Positions 9,322 through 18,211 of a stretch of 64,000 nucleotides of DNA are shown here, piece by piece. The position numbers and the translations under genes were made by a program. Source of the DNA: Candidatus Bathyarchaeota archaeon (GTDB lineage Archaea; Thermoproteota; Bathyarchaeia; Bathyarchaeales; Bathycorpusculaceae); assembly GCA_963826715.1 (NCBI GenBank), contig CAWGYA010000007.1:192001-256000 (forward strand), given 5' to 3'. Under the pieces are notes generated by a model. The model saw only the letters and a list, made by a program, of their open reading frames with translations. It did not search any database and was not told the DNA's origin. The stretch's first letter is position 1. Each line of letters begins with the position of its first letter.

Positions 9322-10776
9322 TCAACCTCTAAGTGTGGCAAAGAAGCCCCGTACCACATCTTTCATTGATTGCAGCAGCGGATGCCGGATGGAGCCTGGC
9401 GTAAGATTCTCGAGGCGATCTACACGGAAGTAGATAGGGGGATGAGGGTCCAACCCAAGCCACTCCTGAATACGGTAGGAAGGTACACGTTCATAAATCA
9501 GACGCTGGAAACCAATTTTCTCTAGTGATCCCGCCAAAATCTTAGGATTACCTACCACCAAGGCTGAGACCAAGTCAGCGCGTGCCTCAAAGAATTTTGC
9601 GATGAAAAAAATCACAACCATAACTACCCAGAAATACGCGAAGAATAAAAACGACGAGAAAATCATCGGAAACAATGGGAAGAGCACATAAAAGCGAAAG
9701 AGAAACTCCGTAGAAACCAAACCATAAAGTATGAGAGGGTCTCTGCCCCGAAGGTGACCAAACTCATGCCCTAAAACCCCTAGCAATTCATCCTCTTCGA
9801 GCTGCACAAGAATGCCAGTTGTAATAAGCACCAACCCCCTCTTGGGGCTTGGACCAGAAGCGGCAGCGTTTGGAACCATGGTGTTTGAAACAACAATTTC
9901 AGGTATGGGAAAATTAAAGCGGTCAGCAATATTTCTAACTAGTTCATATACGTTAATTTTTTTGGCTTTTAAATTATCGACTTCACATGGAACCCCATGC
10001 TTAAGAAAAATTTTTTGTGCAGATCCAACATCGACTTCACCGTTTTTTGAAATTACTTCATCGTAAATTTCTTTTTTAATTGCTATTAAGGTTTCTTTGG
10101 GGTATGTCTTGTTAAAGCTATTTTTTTCGCTCACGGGCAGATAATATTCTAGTAAATGGATAATAGGGTTTTTTTCCGTAATGTGCCAGTCCGCGCTACG
10201 AGCGATAAAGCGGTTAGAATAGAAAACGAACCCAAATTGGATACCAATTAAAATCAAAGGTGCAATCCAAAAGGCGCCAGGCACAATTGTGGATATTGTT
10301 ATGAAGATAATCATTCCAAATACGATGAAAACCACAAAGAACAACACCTGGGTTTCTAAAAATAGGCGGTTGAAAGATTTCTCAGGTTTAGTGAAAGCTT
10401 CGGGCACAATTTCCTCGCCTTCTCGCCAAGCAAAAAAAACAGTTGCATCGCGTGTATTCTGCGAGAAAACCTGCATCGCAATAAGAACGTCTTGTTTAGC
10501 CTCTTCCACGGTTGTGTGGGATGCAACAGATGTAAGGGGGTTAACTTGTAATTCAAAGGGTGTGCCGCTTTTTAATTCTACCCCAACCAGACGGTTGCCT
10601 TGAGAGTCTACAACTATGTAAGATAATTTTTCTCCTTTAGGGGATGATTCCCGAACTATGTCGGTAAAGCGCTTTTTTTGGGTAACTATATACTGGGTAT
10701 AAATGAAATCGAATAGTTTTTCATAATAACTTGGCGGGACTTCAGGAGTTATGTTATAAGTAAAACGCGCGGACAT
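9322..10776 (-). CDS. M48 (HtpX-like) membrane zinc metalloprotease with extended N-terminal domain
   Basis: PNAAA, ITTG, GHEFGH, EARAD and HPP motifs; TM segments. Confidence 0.85.
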   Translation of the reverse strand: MSARFTYNITPEVPPSYYEKLFDFIYTQYIVTQKKRFTDIVRESSPKGEKLSYIVVDSQGNRLVGVELKSGTPFELQVNPLTSVASHTTVEEAKQDVLIAMQVFSQNTRDATVFFAWREGEEIVPEAFTKPEKSFNRLFLETQVLFFVVFIVFGMIIFITISTIVPGAFWIAPLILIGIQFGFVFYSNRFIARSADWHITEKNPIIHLLEYYLPVSEKNSFNKTYPKETLIAIKKEIYDEVISKNGEVDVGSAQKIFLKHGVPCEVDNLKAKKINVYELVRNIADRFNFPIPEIVVSNTMVPNAAASGPSPKRGLVLITTGILVQLEEDELLGVLGHEFGHLRGRDPLILYGLVSTEFLFRFYVLFPLFPMIFSSFLFFAYFWVVMVVIFFIAKFFEARADLVSALVVGNPKILAGSLEKIGFQRLIYERVPSYRIQEWLGLDPHPPIYFRVDRLENLTPGSIRHPLLQSMKDVVRGFFATLRG

Positions 10777-11063
10777 ATCTAACCTTCAAAACCTATACTA
10801 AAAACATGTTTTTCTATTTATAACTGTATTGCTGACAACAACTTCCTCACCAAAGCTGCAGTCGAAAAAAATTATCTGAGCATAAACAAAGGGGATAGAG
10901 TTTATTAAGATCGAAAATCATTGTACGATTAATGCTGGAAAGCAGAAAAAAGTTCTAGTCACCAATTAACCTTTAAATTATGGTTGATTTAATCTAGAAT
11001 TTAGCGGCAAACAAATAAAATTAAAGGCTTTAAAAAACTGATTATATACAGGAGGAATAGGAC

Positions 11064-11462
11064 GTGGCAGTTTCCAAAAAAACTATCTTAGTTGTCGATG
11101 ACGACAAATCTATACTTCGAACATTTTCCCGTATTCTTGAAAAAAGTGGATATGAAGTTGACACTGCAGAGACCGGAAAAGAAGCCATGCAGAAAACCGA
11201 GAATCGGCAATATGATTTAGCACTTGTAGACATAAGATTACCTGATATAGATGGGACAGATTTGTTAGCGAAATTAAAAAAGCAGCTTCAGCAAACTGTT
11301 AAAATAATGATTACGGGTTTTCCATCGCTGGAAACAGGCGTTAAAGCACTTGATGAAGGTGCAGATGCTTATTTGGTTAAGCCAGTGAAGCCGCAAGAGC
11401 TTCTTGTTCTGCTGGAAGAGAAACTTAAGAGCCGGGAAGAAGCCGCAAAAGTAAGCCATTAA
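11064..11462 (+). CDS. Stand-alone response regulator receiver protein
   Basis: ILVVDDD, DIRLPDIDG, ITG and YLVKP motifs; no output domain. Confidence 0.92.
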   Translation: MAVSKKTILVVDDDKSILRTFSRILEKSGYEVDTAETGKEAMQKTENRQYDLALVDIRLPDIDGTDLLAKLKKQLQQTVKIMITGFPSLETGVKALDEGADAYLVKPVKPQELLVLLEEKLKSREEAAKVSH

Positions 11463-11649
11463 TTGGTAACTATTCCAAAAATAATTAGTTATCGACTGAT
11501 TTCCTTAATTATTTTAATCCATTCCCCATTATATCCCTGGTTGGTTGATGGAAAACTAAGTTACTTTAATAGTCAACCTGCCTCGGGCTGATTGGACAAT
11601 GAATAGCATATAGTTAAAGAGTTGAAGAAAAAAATCCGATGGGACCCAG

Positions 11650-14529
11650 TTATTCTATATAAATAGCAGGTTGATAGGGCATAGCCATTGCTGAACGATT
11701 TTTAGGATCAAAGCGGTGCTCGTCAGATTCTCTATACACAGATATTTCAGCTTTGAATCGGTCATGCATAAAATCTGCAGCTTCTAAAAGATTTTCTCTC
11801 TCGTTAGCTTCACCGATTTTTAATATTTTGGTCTTGCGTTCGCTCGACACTTTAGTTAATGCCTTAATGATTCTGGGAACCATTGGTGCAATTTCTTTCA
11901 TATGTACCTTAAAGGTTGAATCCTTGGCGAATTCTTTCATAAGCTCATTAATTTTAGCTTCACCAGCAACTGTTTTCTTGAGAACTTTTAGATATACCTG
12001 CCATTTCCAAGAAGCCGCAATATAGTAGTATATCCGATGTGGAGTGATTTTCATAGCTTTTAGGATATTGTTTGTGTCATCCATCACGTCAATAATAAAA
12101 TTCTCCTGTTCTTCCGCAGCCACATCCACAGTATCTGCATTGAATTCAGGCCATTTTGCGACGCTGATGAATCCTTCCTCACCGTTCTGGCTCCAGAGTT
12201 CCTCGCACATGAATGGCGCAAAGGGAGCAAGCATTCGAATCCACACTTTTACCGCATCACCCAATGCTTTGGCTTCTGTGTTTCCTTTCCGCTGAATATA
12301 CCAACGCAAATCATTCCATGTTTCAAATAGTGCTGTTTGCAATGCAGTTCGCGTTTTAAGTTCATCTAGGCTTGCCGTGACTTCGCTTATGCGTTTCTGA
12401 ATTCGGCTAGTAAGCCAACGCTCCAATGCCGTATTCTCCGCATTTTTAGCTGAAGCAAGAATTGATCCTGCAAAATCCATCAGCGCCTCAAATTTGCTTT
12501 TGAGGTCGGAGACATTTTCAGCACGCCAGTCAGGATCATCCATGCCTTCTGCACCTAAAAGCAAACCGCAACGTGTGGCATCAGCACCATATTTTTCTAC
12601 AGCCCCCTTCATAGTGATGAAGTTTCCTTTGCTCTTATGCATCCCTTGCCCTTCAATCATCAGCATGCCATTGACGCCGATGGCTTTGGGCCAGTGCTCT
12701 CGGGGAAACAGCGCTGCATGATGGAATATGCAGAAACTTAGATGATTGGGTACCAACTCTTTTGCAGAATTACGTAGATCAAATGGGTACCAATAAAGGA
12801 ATTCACTACGCATAGCACACAGCAAGGTTGGGGTTATTCCAGCCGTTTGTAGGTCTTCTGGTTCTCCTCTGCCAAAGAAAATGTAATCAAAAACTTCAGG
12901 CGTTAGCGATTCGGCATTGATCTTGTTCTGTTTAATGTGCTTGTTTATGGTGTAGAACGCCATGTAGACCGTGCTATCACTGAGGGTTTCAATTATCCAG
13001 CCTTTTCCCCCAGGAAGTGGTGTTCCAAAGCCCGTGGTTCTGGCGCAAGCCCATTCCCGAAGCCAATCAATCACGGTATTAAACCAGGGCTTAGCTGTTT
13101 CGGGGAAGATGTTTAACTGCTCCACAACCTCATGTGCAAGTTCTTTCCATTTGGGGTCTGAGTAGTTAAGGAACCACTGGTCCGAAAGGATCTTCACAAG
13201 ACACGGTGTCATGCAACGGCAAACCACAGGGTCCGCCAGATCATACATGATTTCGGCAACTCCAAGTTTCTTGAAGTCAGTGATTAGGAGATCTTTAGCT
13301 TCGCGAATTGATTTGCCTGCATGTTGTCCGCAGTTAGATTTCAAGATGCCGCCGTGGTACTCTTTTTTGTAGAGTTCTTTGGTAGCTTGGTCAGCTTTTG
13401 CGTCGTTTTGATCGACTATTCCCATTTTATCGACGATTTCAACGGCAGGGTAATCGCCAACTCCATCAACTTTAATGATCGAGATGGGCTTAATTGCAAG
13501 AACTACTACTGGGTCTATGCCGAACTGCCTGAGAACCTCAGGTTTTCGTTGCAAATCTCGTAAAGCAAGCCAATCGTAGGGTGCATGGGCTGGAACACTG
13601 TAAACTACTCCAGTTGCGGTTTTCGGGTCAACAAACCACCCCGGGAGAATAGGAAACTTTAGGTTTGTAACTGGATTTGTGACTGTTTTGCCGATCAGTT
13701 CTCTACCCAAGAAACAATGCTTAACTTCGACCTTGCGCTCTTGTTCTTTAAGTTTTTCAGCAGCTTCTTGGCTAACTATCCAACACTCACCGTTAACCTC
13801 TGCTTCGACGTAAGTAGAGTCAGGATTGATCCACATATTGGTGATACCATAAACAGTTTCGGGTCGGAGAGTCGCTGCTGGTAAAAACGTTTTCTCATCC
13901 AATCTGTACTTTATTAGCGTATACTCCTCTGGAGTAACACCTTCACCACTTTGACGGTCGTGGTCGCCTGTAGGAGACTGGTCTTTTGGGCACCAAACCA
14001 CTGGGTGGGTGCCGCGAGTGACATAGCCTTTTTCTTTAAGGTTTTTGTACTGCCACTCAATGAATTTTTGAAAGGTCGGCATAATCGTTGTAAATTCGCG
14101 TCGCCAATCAACCGAGAAACCAACGCTTTTAACGGCTAAACGACCTTCGTCAGTATAATATTGAGCCATGTAAAGGGGGTCAACGAACTTCTGGAGTTCG
14201 CTTTCGGGTACGCCATCGACTTCGCGTAGTACTTTGATGTAAGCTTGATCTCCTCTCGCCACACGCTGAGATGCGCCTAAAAGAGGCTGACCTGTCCAAT
14301 GCCAACTCCATGGCCAAAGTACATTGTAGCCTTGCATGCGTTTGAATCTGGCGTAAGCATCTACGCGGGAAGCAGTAAAGGTGTGCCCAACATGGAGTGG
14401 ACCGTTCATATATGGAAATGGAAAGGTAACTAATTTTTTTTGGCGATTAGGGTCGGGGTTGGCTTCGAAGAGATGTGCTTCTTCCCATTTCTGTTGCCAT
14501 TTCTGCTCCATTTGTTTGGTTTGGCTCAT
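11650..14529 (-). CDS. leuS: Leucine--tRNA ligase (archaeal type)
   Basis: PFPYMNGPLHVGH, ATLRPET, IETLSDST, KELVPNHL and C-terminal AMPYQPAIYIE. Confidence 0.95.
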   Translation of the reverse strand: MSQTKQMEQKWQQKWEEAHLFEANPDPNRQKKLVTFPFPYMNGPLHVGHTFTASRVDAYARFKRMQGYNVLWPWSWHWTGQPLLGASQRVARGDQAYIKVLREVDGVPESELQKFVDPLYMAQYYTDEGRLAVKSVGFSVDWRREFTTIMPTFQKFIEWQYKNLKEKGYVTRGTHPVVWCPKDQSPTGDHDRQSGEGVTPEEYTLIKYRLDEKTFLPAATLRPETVYGITNMWINPDSTYVEAEVNGECWIVSQEAAEKLKEQERKVEVKHCFLGRELIGKTVTNPVTNLKFPILPGWFVDPKTATGVVYSVPAHAPYDWLALRDLQRKPEVLRQFGIDPVVVLAIKPISIIKVDGVGDYPAVEIVDKMGIVDQNDAKADQATKELYKKEYHGGILKSNCGQHAGKSIREAKDLLITDFKKLGVAEIMYDLADPVVCRCMTPCLVKILSDQWFLNYSDPKWKELAHEVVEQLNIFPETAKPWFNTVIDWLREWACARTTGFGTPLPGGKGWIIETLSDSTVYMAFYTINKHIKQNKINAESLTPEVFDYIFFGRGEPEDLQTAGITPTLLCAMRSEFLYWYPFDLRNSAKELVPNHLSFCIFHHAALFPREHWPKAIGVNGMLMIEGQGMHKSKGNFITMKGAVEKYGADATRCGLLLGAEGMDDPDWRAENVSDLKSKFEALMDFAGSILASAKNAENTALERWLTSRIQKRISEVTASLDELKTRTALQTALFETWNDLRWYIQRKGNTEAKALGDAVKVWIRMLAPFAPFMCEELWSQNGEEGFISVAKWPEFNADTVDVAAEEQENFIIDVMDDTNNILKAMKITPHRIYYYIAASWKWQVYLKVLKKTVAGEAKINELMKEFAKDSTFKVHMKEIAPMVPRIIKALTKVSSERKTKILKIGEANERENLLEAADFMHDRFKAEISVYRESDEHRFDPKNRSAMAMPYQPAIYIE

Positions 14530-14678
14530 AAAACCCACTGATTAAAGGTTTGGCTATTAAGAGTTTTGCTTTGGTGATACTGTAGTTGTGTAGTTCAAGT
14601 TAACGGGTTCATGAAAAAAGGTTTTACGTTTATATATTACGACTTACGACTTTACTTGTTGTGAGCTCGGGGACTAAA

Positions 14679-15467
14679 ATGAAAAAACTTGTCATAGCCA
14701 TAATCCTCTCATTCCTTATTTCACTACCAGTATTCACCACCACAGCAACCGCCATAACAGGCAATCTAAACCCCGACTCAAAACCATACGTGGGCGTAAT
14801 AGTCCTCCTTGACGATCAACAACAACCGATTGGCTATTGTAGCGGATTCCTAATTTCCCCGACCATCATGGTAACTGCAGGCCATAGCTTACTCAACGCA
14901 CAATACGTAAGAGTCAGCTTTGACCAAGGGGGCACTATCTACGAAGGTACACCAGAAACTTATTCTTCATACGTTCCTACGCTTTCGGGAAACAGCGAAT
15001 TCCAAACAAGCGACATAGGGCTAATAAGATTTGAACAGCCCGTTTCAGGGATTACAGATTTTCCAGTATTACCCACCATAGGCTTTACTGAAACATTGAA
15101 CCATAAAACAGATTTAAAAGTCATCGGTTACGGAATGCAATACCAAACAACACCAAGAAACAATGGAGTAACTAATTCGTGGATGGGCCAAGTTACTCAA
15201 AACAGTGCAACAGTACAATTGTTGAATGCAAACTTTGCTGGTAGCGATAAATATCTAAAAGTAACCGCTAATAACGCCCAAGGCAAAGGAGCAGTAGCAT
15301 TCGGAGACTCAGGCGGACCCGTTATTTACACCGATATGAATGGTAAAGACATCGTGTTAGCCCTTAACGCATTTGTTTCAAGCGCTAACTGCAATGGAGT
15401 AAGCTACCATACTAGACTCGATACAGAAGAAGTGCATAAGTGGCTTGAGGAGCCCTACTTGATTTAA
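14679..15467 (+). CDS. Secreted S1 (trypsin-fold) serine protease
   Basis: Signal peptide; CSG, TAGH, DIGL and GDSGGP catalytic-triad motifs. Confidence 0.9.
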   Translation: MKKLVIAIILSFLISLPVFTTTATAITGNLNPDSKPYVGVIVLLDDQQQPIGYCSGFLISPTIMVTAGHSLLNAQYVRVSFDQGGTIYEGTPETYSSYVPTLSGNSEFQTSDIGLIRFEQPVSGITDFPVLPTIGFTETLNHKTDLKVIGYGMQYQTTPRNNGVTNSWMGQVTQNSATVQLLNANFAGSDKYLKVTANNAQGKGAVAFGDSGGPVIYTDMNGKDIVLALNAFVSSANCNGVSYHTRLDTEEVHKWLEEPYLI

Positions 15468-15491
15468 ATCTGCTAATTCAGAACAGCGAAA

Positions 15492-15498
15492 GAGGTGA
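15492..15498 (+). promoter_or_regulatory. Shine-Dalgarno for peptide ORF 1
   Basis: GAGGTGA 5 nt upstream of ATG15504; TTTAAA TATA-like element at 15463-15468. Confidence 0.7.
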
Positions 15499-15503
15499 AA
15501 AAT

Positions 15504-15560
15504 ATGAATACAAAAAGAGCAATCAAAAAAGCAAAACCAATAACCTTCGGCGGTTGGTAA
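15504..15560 (+). CDS. Putative precursor peptide 1, MNTKRAIKKAKPITFGGW (18 aa)
   Basis: Hand-translated. Strong SD; immediately upstream of the prenyltransferase; shares the C-terminal TFGGW with ORF 16649-16690. Confidence 0.8.
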   Translation: MNTKRAIKKAKPITFGGW

Positions 15561-15571
15561 ACAATCATCTA

Positions 15572-15597
15572 AGGGTTAAATCCCTCACTTTATTTCC
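15572..15597 (+). terminator. Short hairpin plus pyrimidine tract after peptide 1
   Basis: AGGG-TTAAAT-CCCT followed by CACTTTATTTCC. Confidence 0.35.
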
Positions 15598-15633
15598 TAA
15601 AATTACAAATACAAAGACGATTCAATATCAATT

Positions 15634-16632
15634 ATGCAATCAAACTCTCTCACGGCCTTGGCTATAGAAATCATTGATAGGCATGGTAGTTTCGCGCTCA
15701 ATGAAGCTTCAAAATATATTTTGGAGAACAATGGTTGTGAAGGACTTATTTCTAAAGCATTAAAATATTATGCAAAGATGATTTTTCCGAGAGTTTTGCC
15801 TATCTTTCCAGCATTAATTGAATTATCCTGCGGATCGGTGGGTGGCAAACCCAATGAAACAAACCAAATAGCAACTGCAATGCTTCTAATTACCGCTTCG
15901 GGCGACATCCATGATGATATTATAGATAGGTCCACTCACAAGTTCCAAAGAAAAACTCTCTTTGGTAAGTACGGAAAAGACATTACTCTTCTCGCCGGAG
16001 ATGCCTTATTAATGCAGGGAATGGAATTACTCCAAAACAGCCTAGAACTTTTCCAACCTAAACAAAGAAACCAAATCTCCAAATTGATGACAAAAGCCAT
16101 GTATGAAATAACCGAAGCAGAAGCCATTGAAACTCAATTGTGGAAAAAAATTAACGTAAGACCAAAAGAATACTTTGAAGTAATAAATCATAAAGCAACA
16201 GTCGCGGAACTACACTGTAAGATTGGCGGAATAATCGGAGATGCGGACGAAGTTGCTTTAGAATGCATTTCTCGTTACGGTAGAACGATTGGTTTGTTAT
16301 CAACGATGAAAGATGAATTCTTGGATCTTGAGAATTTTGATGAATTTACAGATCGTGTGATCCACGAAATGCCGCCATACCCTGTTATTTGTGCTTTTCA
16401 AAATGAAGACATTAAAAATAAATTTATTCCAGTTATGAACCGTGATAAATTGTCAAAGAATGACGTAGCCTCAATTGCACAGGCGGTTTTAACCTCTGTT
16501 GAAGTGAAAACGCTAAAAGTCAAGCTGAGACAGATGGCTGAAAAAGAACTGTTGTATAATTATCTCTTGAAAGATAGCAAAATGGGAAAAGAGGCGGCAA
16601 TTATACTTGAGGCACTAGCTATTGAATTATAG
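15634..16632 (+). CDS. Class I isoprenoid-synthase-fold prenyltransferase, divergent (ComQ-like candidate)
   Basis: FARM DIHDDIID, LLAGDAL, HKAT and degenerate SARM KDEFLD; lacks GGKRxRP and the post-FARM RRG. Confidence 0.8.
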   Translation: MQSNSLTALAIEIIDRHGSFALNEASKYILENNGCEGLISKALKYYAKMIFPRVLPIFPALIELSCGSVGGKPNETNQIATAMLLITASGDIHDDIIDRSTHKFQRKTLFGKYGKDITLLAGDALLMQGMELLQNSLELFQPKQRNQISKLMTKAMYEITEAEAIETQLWKKINVRPKEYFEVINHKATVAELHCKIGGIIGDADEVALECISRYGRTIGLLSTMKDEFLDLENFDEFTDRVIHEMPPYPVICAFQNEDIKNKFIPVMNRDKLSKNDVASIAQAVLTSVEVKTLKVKLRQMAEKELLYNYLLKDSKMGKEAAIILEALAIEL

Positions 16633-16648
16633 CTAATTAAAAAAGTGC

Positions 16649-16690
16649 TTACCAACCGCCAAAAGTTCGAGTTAGTTTTTTGTTTTTCAA
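16649..16690 (-). CDS. Putative precursor peptide 2, MKNKKLTRTFGGW (13 aa, TTG start)
   Basis: Reverse complement TTG AAA AAC AAA AAA CTA ACT CGA ACT TTT GGC GGT TGG TAA. SD AGGAAGGAG (16696-16704) 5 nt upstream; TATA-like TTTTAAGT at about 16731-16738; T-tract after the stop. Confidence 0.75.
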   Translation of the reverse strand: MKNKKLTRTFGGW

Positions 16691-16855
16691 AGCTACTCCT
16701 TCCTCATTTGTAGTTTTGTAGTACAATAATACTTAAAAAGTTAGCGGTTGTAGGACACATCTACACTTCAATTTCAATCTAACCCCATAATACTGTTTAG
16801 TAATTCTGAATCCTTAATAATTCCCACGTTATAGGATGATTTAATGCGATAACGA

Positions 16856-18187
16856 ATGTCAAACAACGTACCCCTAAAGTCATCAAGGTTCAGCCTAACA
16901 AATGCTTCAGTCAGCAGCTTTTTGTTAGTGAACGCTTTCGTATGGTACCTTTGCGCGTTTAAATTTTTGCAAGATACAATTAACCTAAAAGGAATCTCGA
17001 GTGATTTATCACTGTTAGTAATAGGTGTAAACTTTTTAGCCTTTATTTTCTTTGGTTTTCTCACAACATGGCTTATTAACCGATTTAGTGACAGAAAAAA
17101 ATGGCTAAAATATTGGCTGATTGCAGGTCTTTTTGTCTCTGCAATATTTTTCTTCCTAAACTCAGCTGATTTTATAACTTTAACATTATTAGGCTGCACA
17201 ATAGGTGCATATTTTGGATTAGGAATGCCTGTGGTAGCCGGCTATTTTACTGCATGTACCGAACCAAAAAACAGAGCAAAATTTGGAGGCGCAGTAATTC
17301 TTTTATTAGTAGTATCTGTTCCAACTTTGACCATCATAGGAGCTTCAGAAACCTATCTAACTCCACTTGTCTTAGGTTTATGGTTAGTGATCGGTTTGGG
17401 ACTTTTATCGTTCAAAGCTCCCGAAAGTAAGGCTGAGCCAAAGAATCGGGCATCTTTTCGTTCTATCTTCTCAAATAGGTCTTTCTTGCTTTATATTTTG
17501 CCCTGGTTAATGTTCTCGCTAATAAACGACTTAGCCTCACAAGTAATCTCAAATTCCTTTAGTGGTTTTCCCTCATTCTTTTCACAAGGTTATGTGGTTT
17601 TCACAAATGTCCTAGCAGGAATTTGTGCACTCGCTTTCGGCTTTTTAGCAGACAAAAAAGGCCGAAAACGATTGGCTTTGGTAGGTTTTGCTCTCTTAGG
17701 AACGGCATACGCCGCCTTAGGTCTTTTTAACGGAAACTACGCTGTCGCATGGTTTTATGCAATCACCGATGGTGTCGCTTGGGGAGCATTCACCATGCTA
17801 TTCATAACGACACTATGGGGCGATATTTCTCAAGGCAAGAACGGTGAAAAATACTACCTTTTAGGAATTTTACCTTATCTTTTTTCAGTCTTTGCAGGCG
17901 ACTCAATGGGTGCATACTTAGCCCAGAACAACCTTATTTCGGAAACAACTGTCTTTTCTTTTGCTGCCTTCTTTCTATTCGCAGCAACATTACCTTTGTT
18001 TTATGCTCCCGAAACATTACCTGAGAAAGTAATCAAAGATTTGGACATTATGAGTTACGTGGAGAAAGCAAAGAAGAAAGCAGATGAAGGCACCAAAAAA
18101 ACCCGCAAAGAAGATAACTCCAATACCTCAATAGAAGATGACAAAAGCTACGAAGAAGCTAGAAAATTAGCAGAAAAATACTATTAA
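16856..18187 (+). CDS. MFS transporter
   Basis: About 12 hydrophobic segments, motif A GFLADKKGRK, and APETL after the last TM. Confidence 0.85.
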   Translation: MSNNVPLKSSRFSLTNASVSSFLLVNAFVWYLCAFKFLQDTINLKGISSDLSLLVIGVNFLAFIFFGFLTTWLINRFSDRKKWLKYWLIAGLFVSAIFFFLNSADFITLTLLGCTIGAYFGLGMPVVAGYFTACTEPKNRAKFGGAVILLLVVSVPTLTIIGASETYLTPLVLGLWLVIGLGLLSFKAPESKAEPKNRASFRSIFSNRSFLLYILPWLMFSLINDLASQVISNSFSGFPSFFSQGYVVFTNVLAGICALAFGFLADKKGRKRLALVGFALLGTAYAALGLFNGNYAVAWFYAITDGVAWGAFTMLFITTLWGDISQGKNGEKYYLLGILPYLFSVFAGDSMGAYLAQNNLISETTVFSFAAFFLFAATLPLFYAPETLPEKVIKDLDIMSYVEKAKKKADEGTKKTRKEDNSNTSIEDDKSYEEARKLAEKYY

Positions 18188-18211
18188 GCATGCGCAAGGT
18201 TAAGCATAAAC

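Noticed and set aside
11064-11462. ComA-like response regulator for the peptide system
   Set aside because: It is receiver-only, has no adjacent kinase, and is separated from the peptide locus by leuS; nothing links the two.
16774-17199. 141-aa minus-strand ORF and the other antisense or nested ORFs in the track
   Set aside because: They overlap well-supported genes on the opposite strand or in another frame and show no motifs; treated as shadow ORFs.
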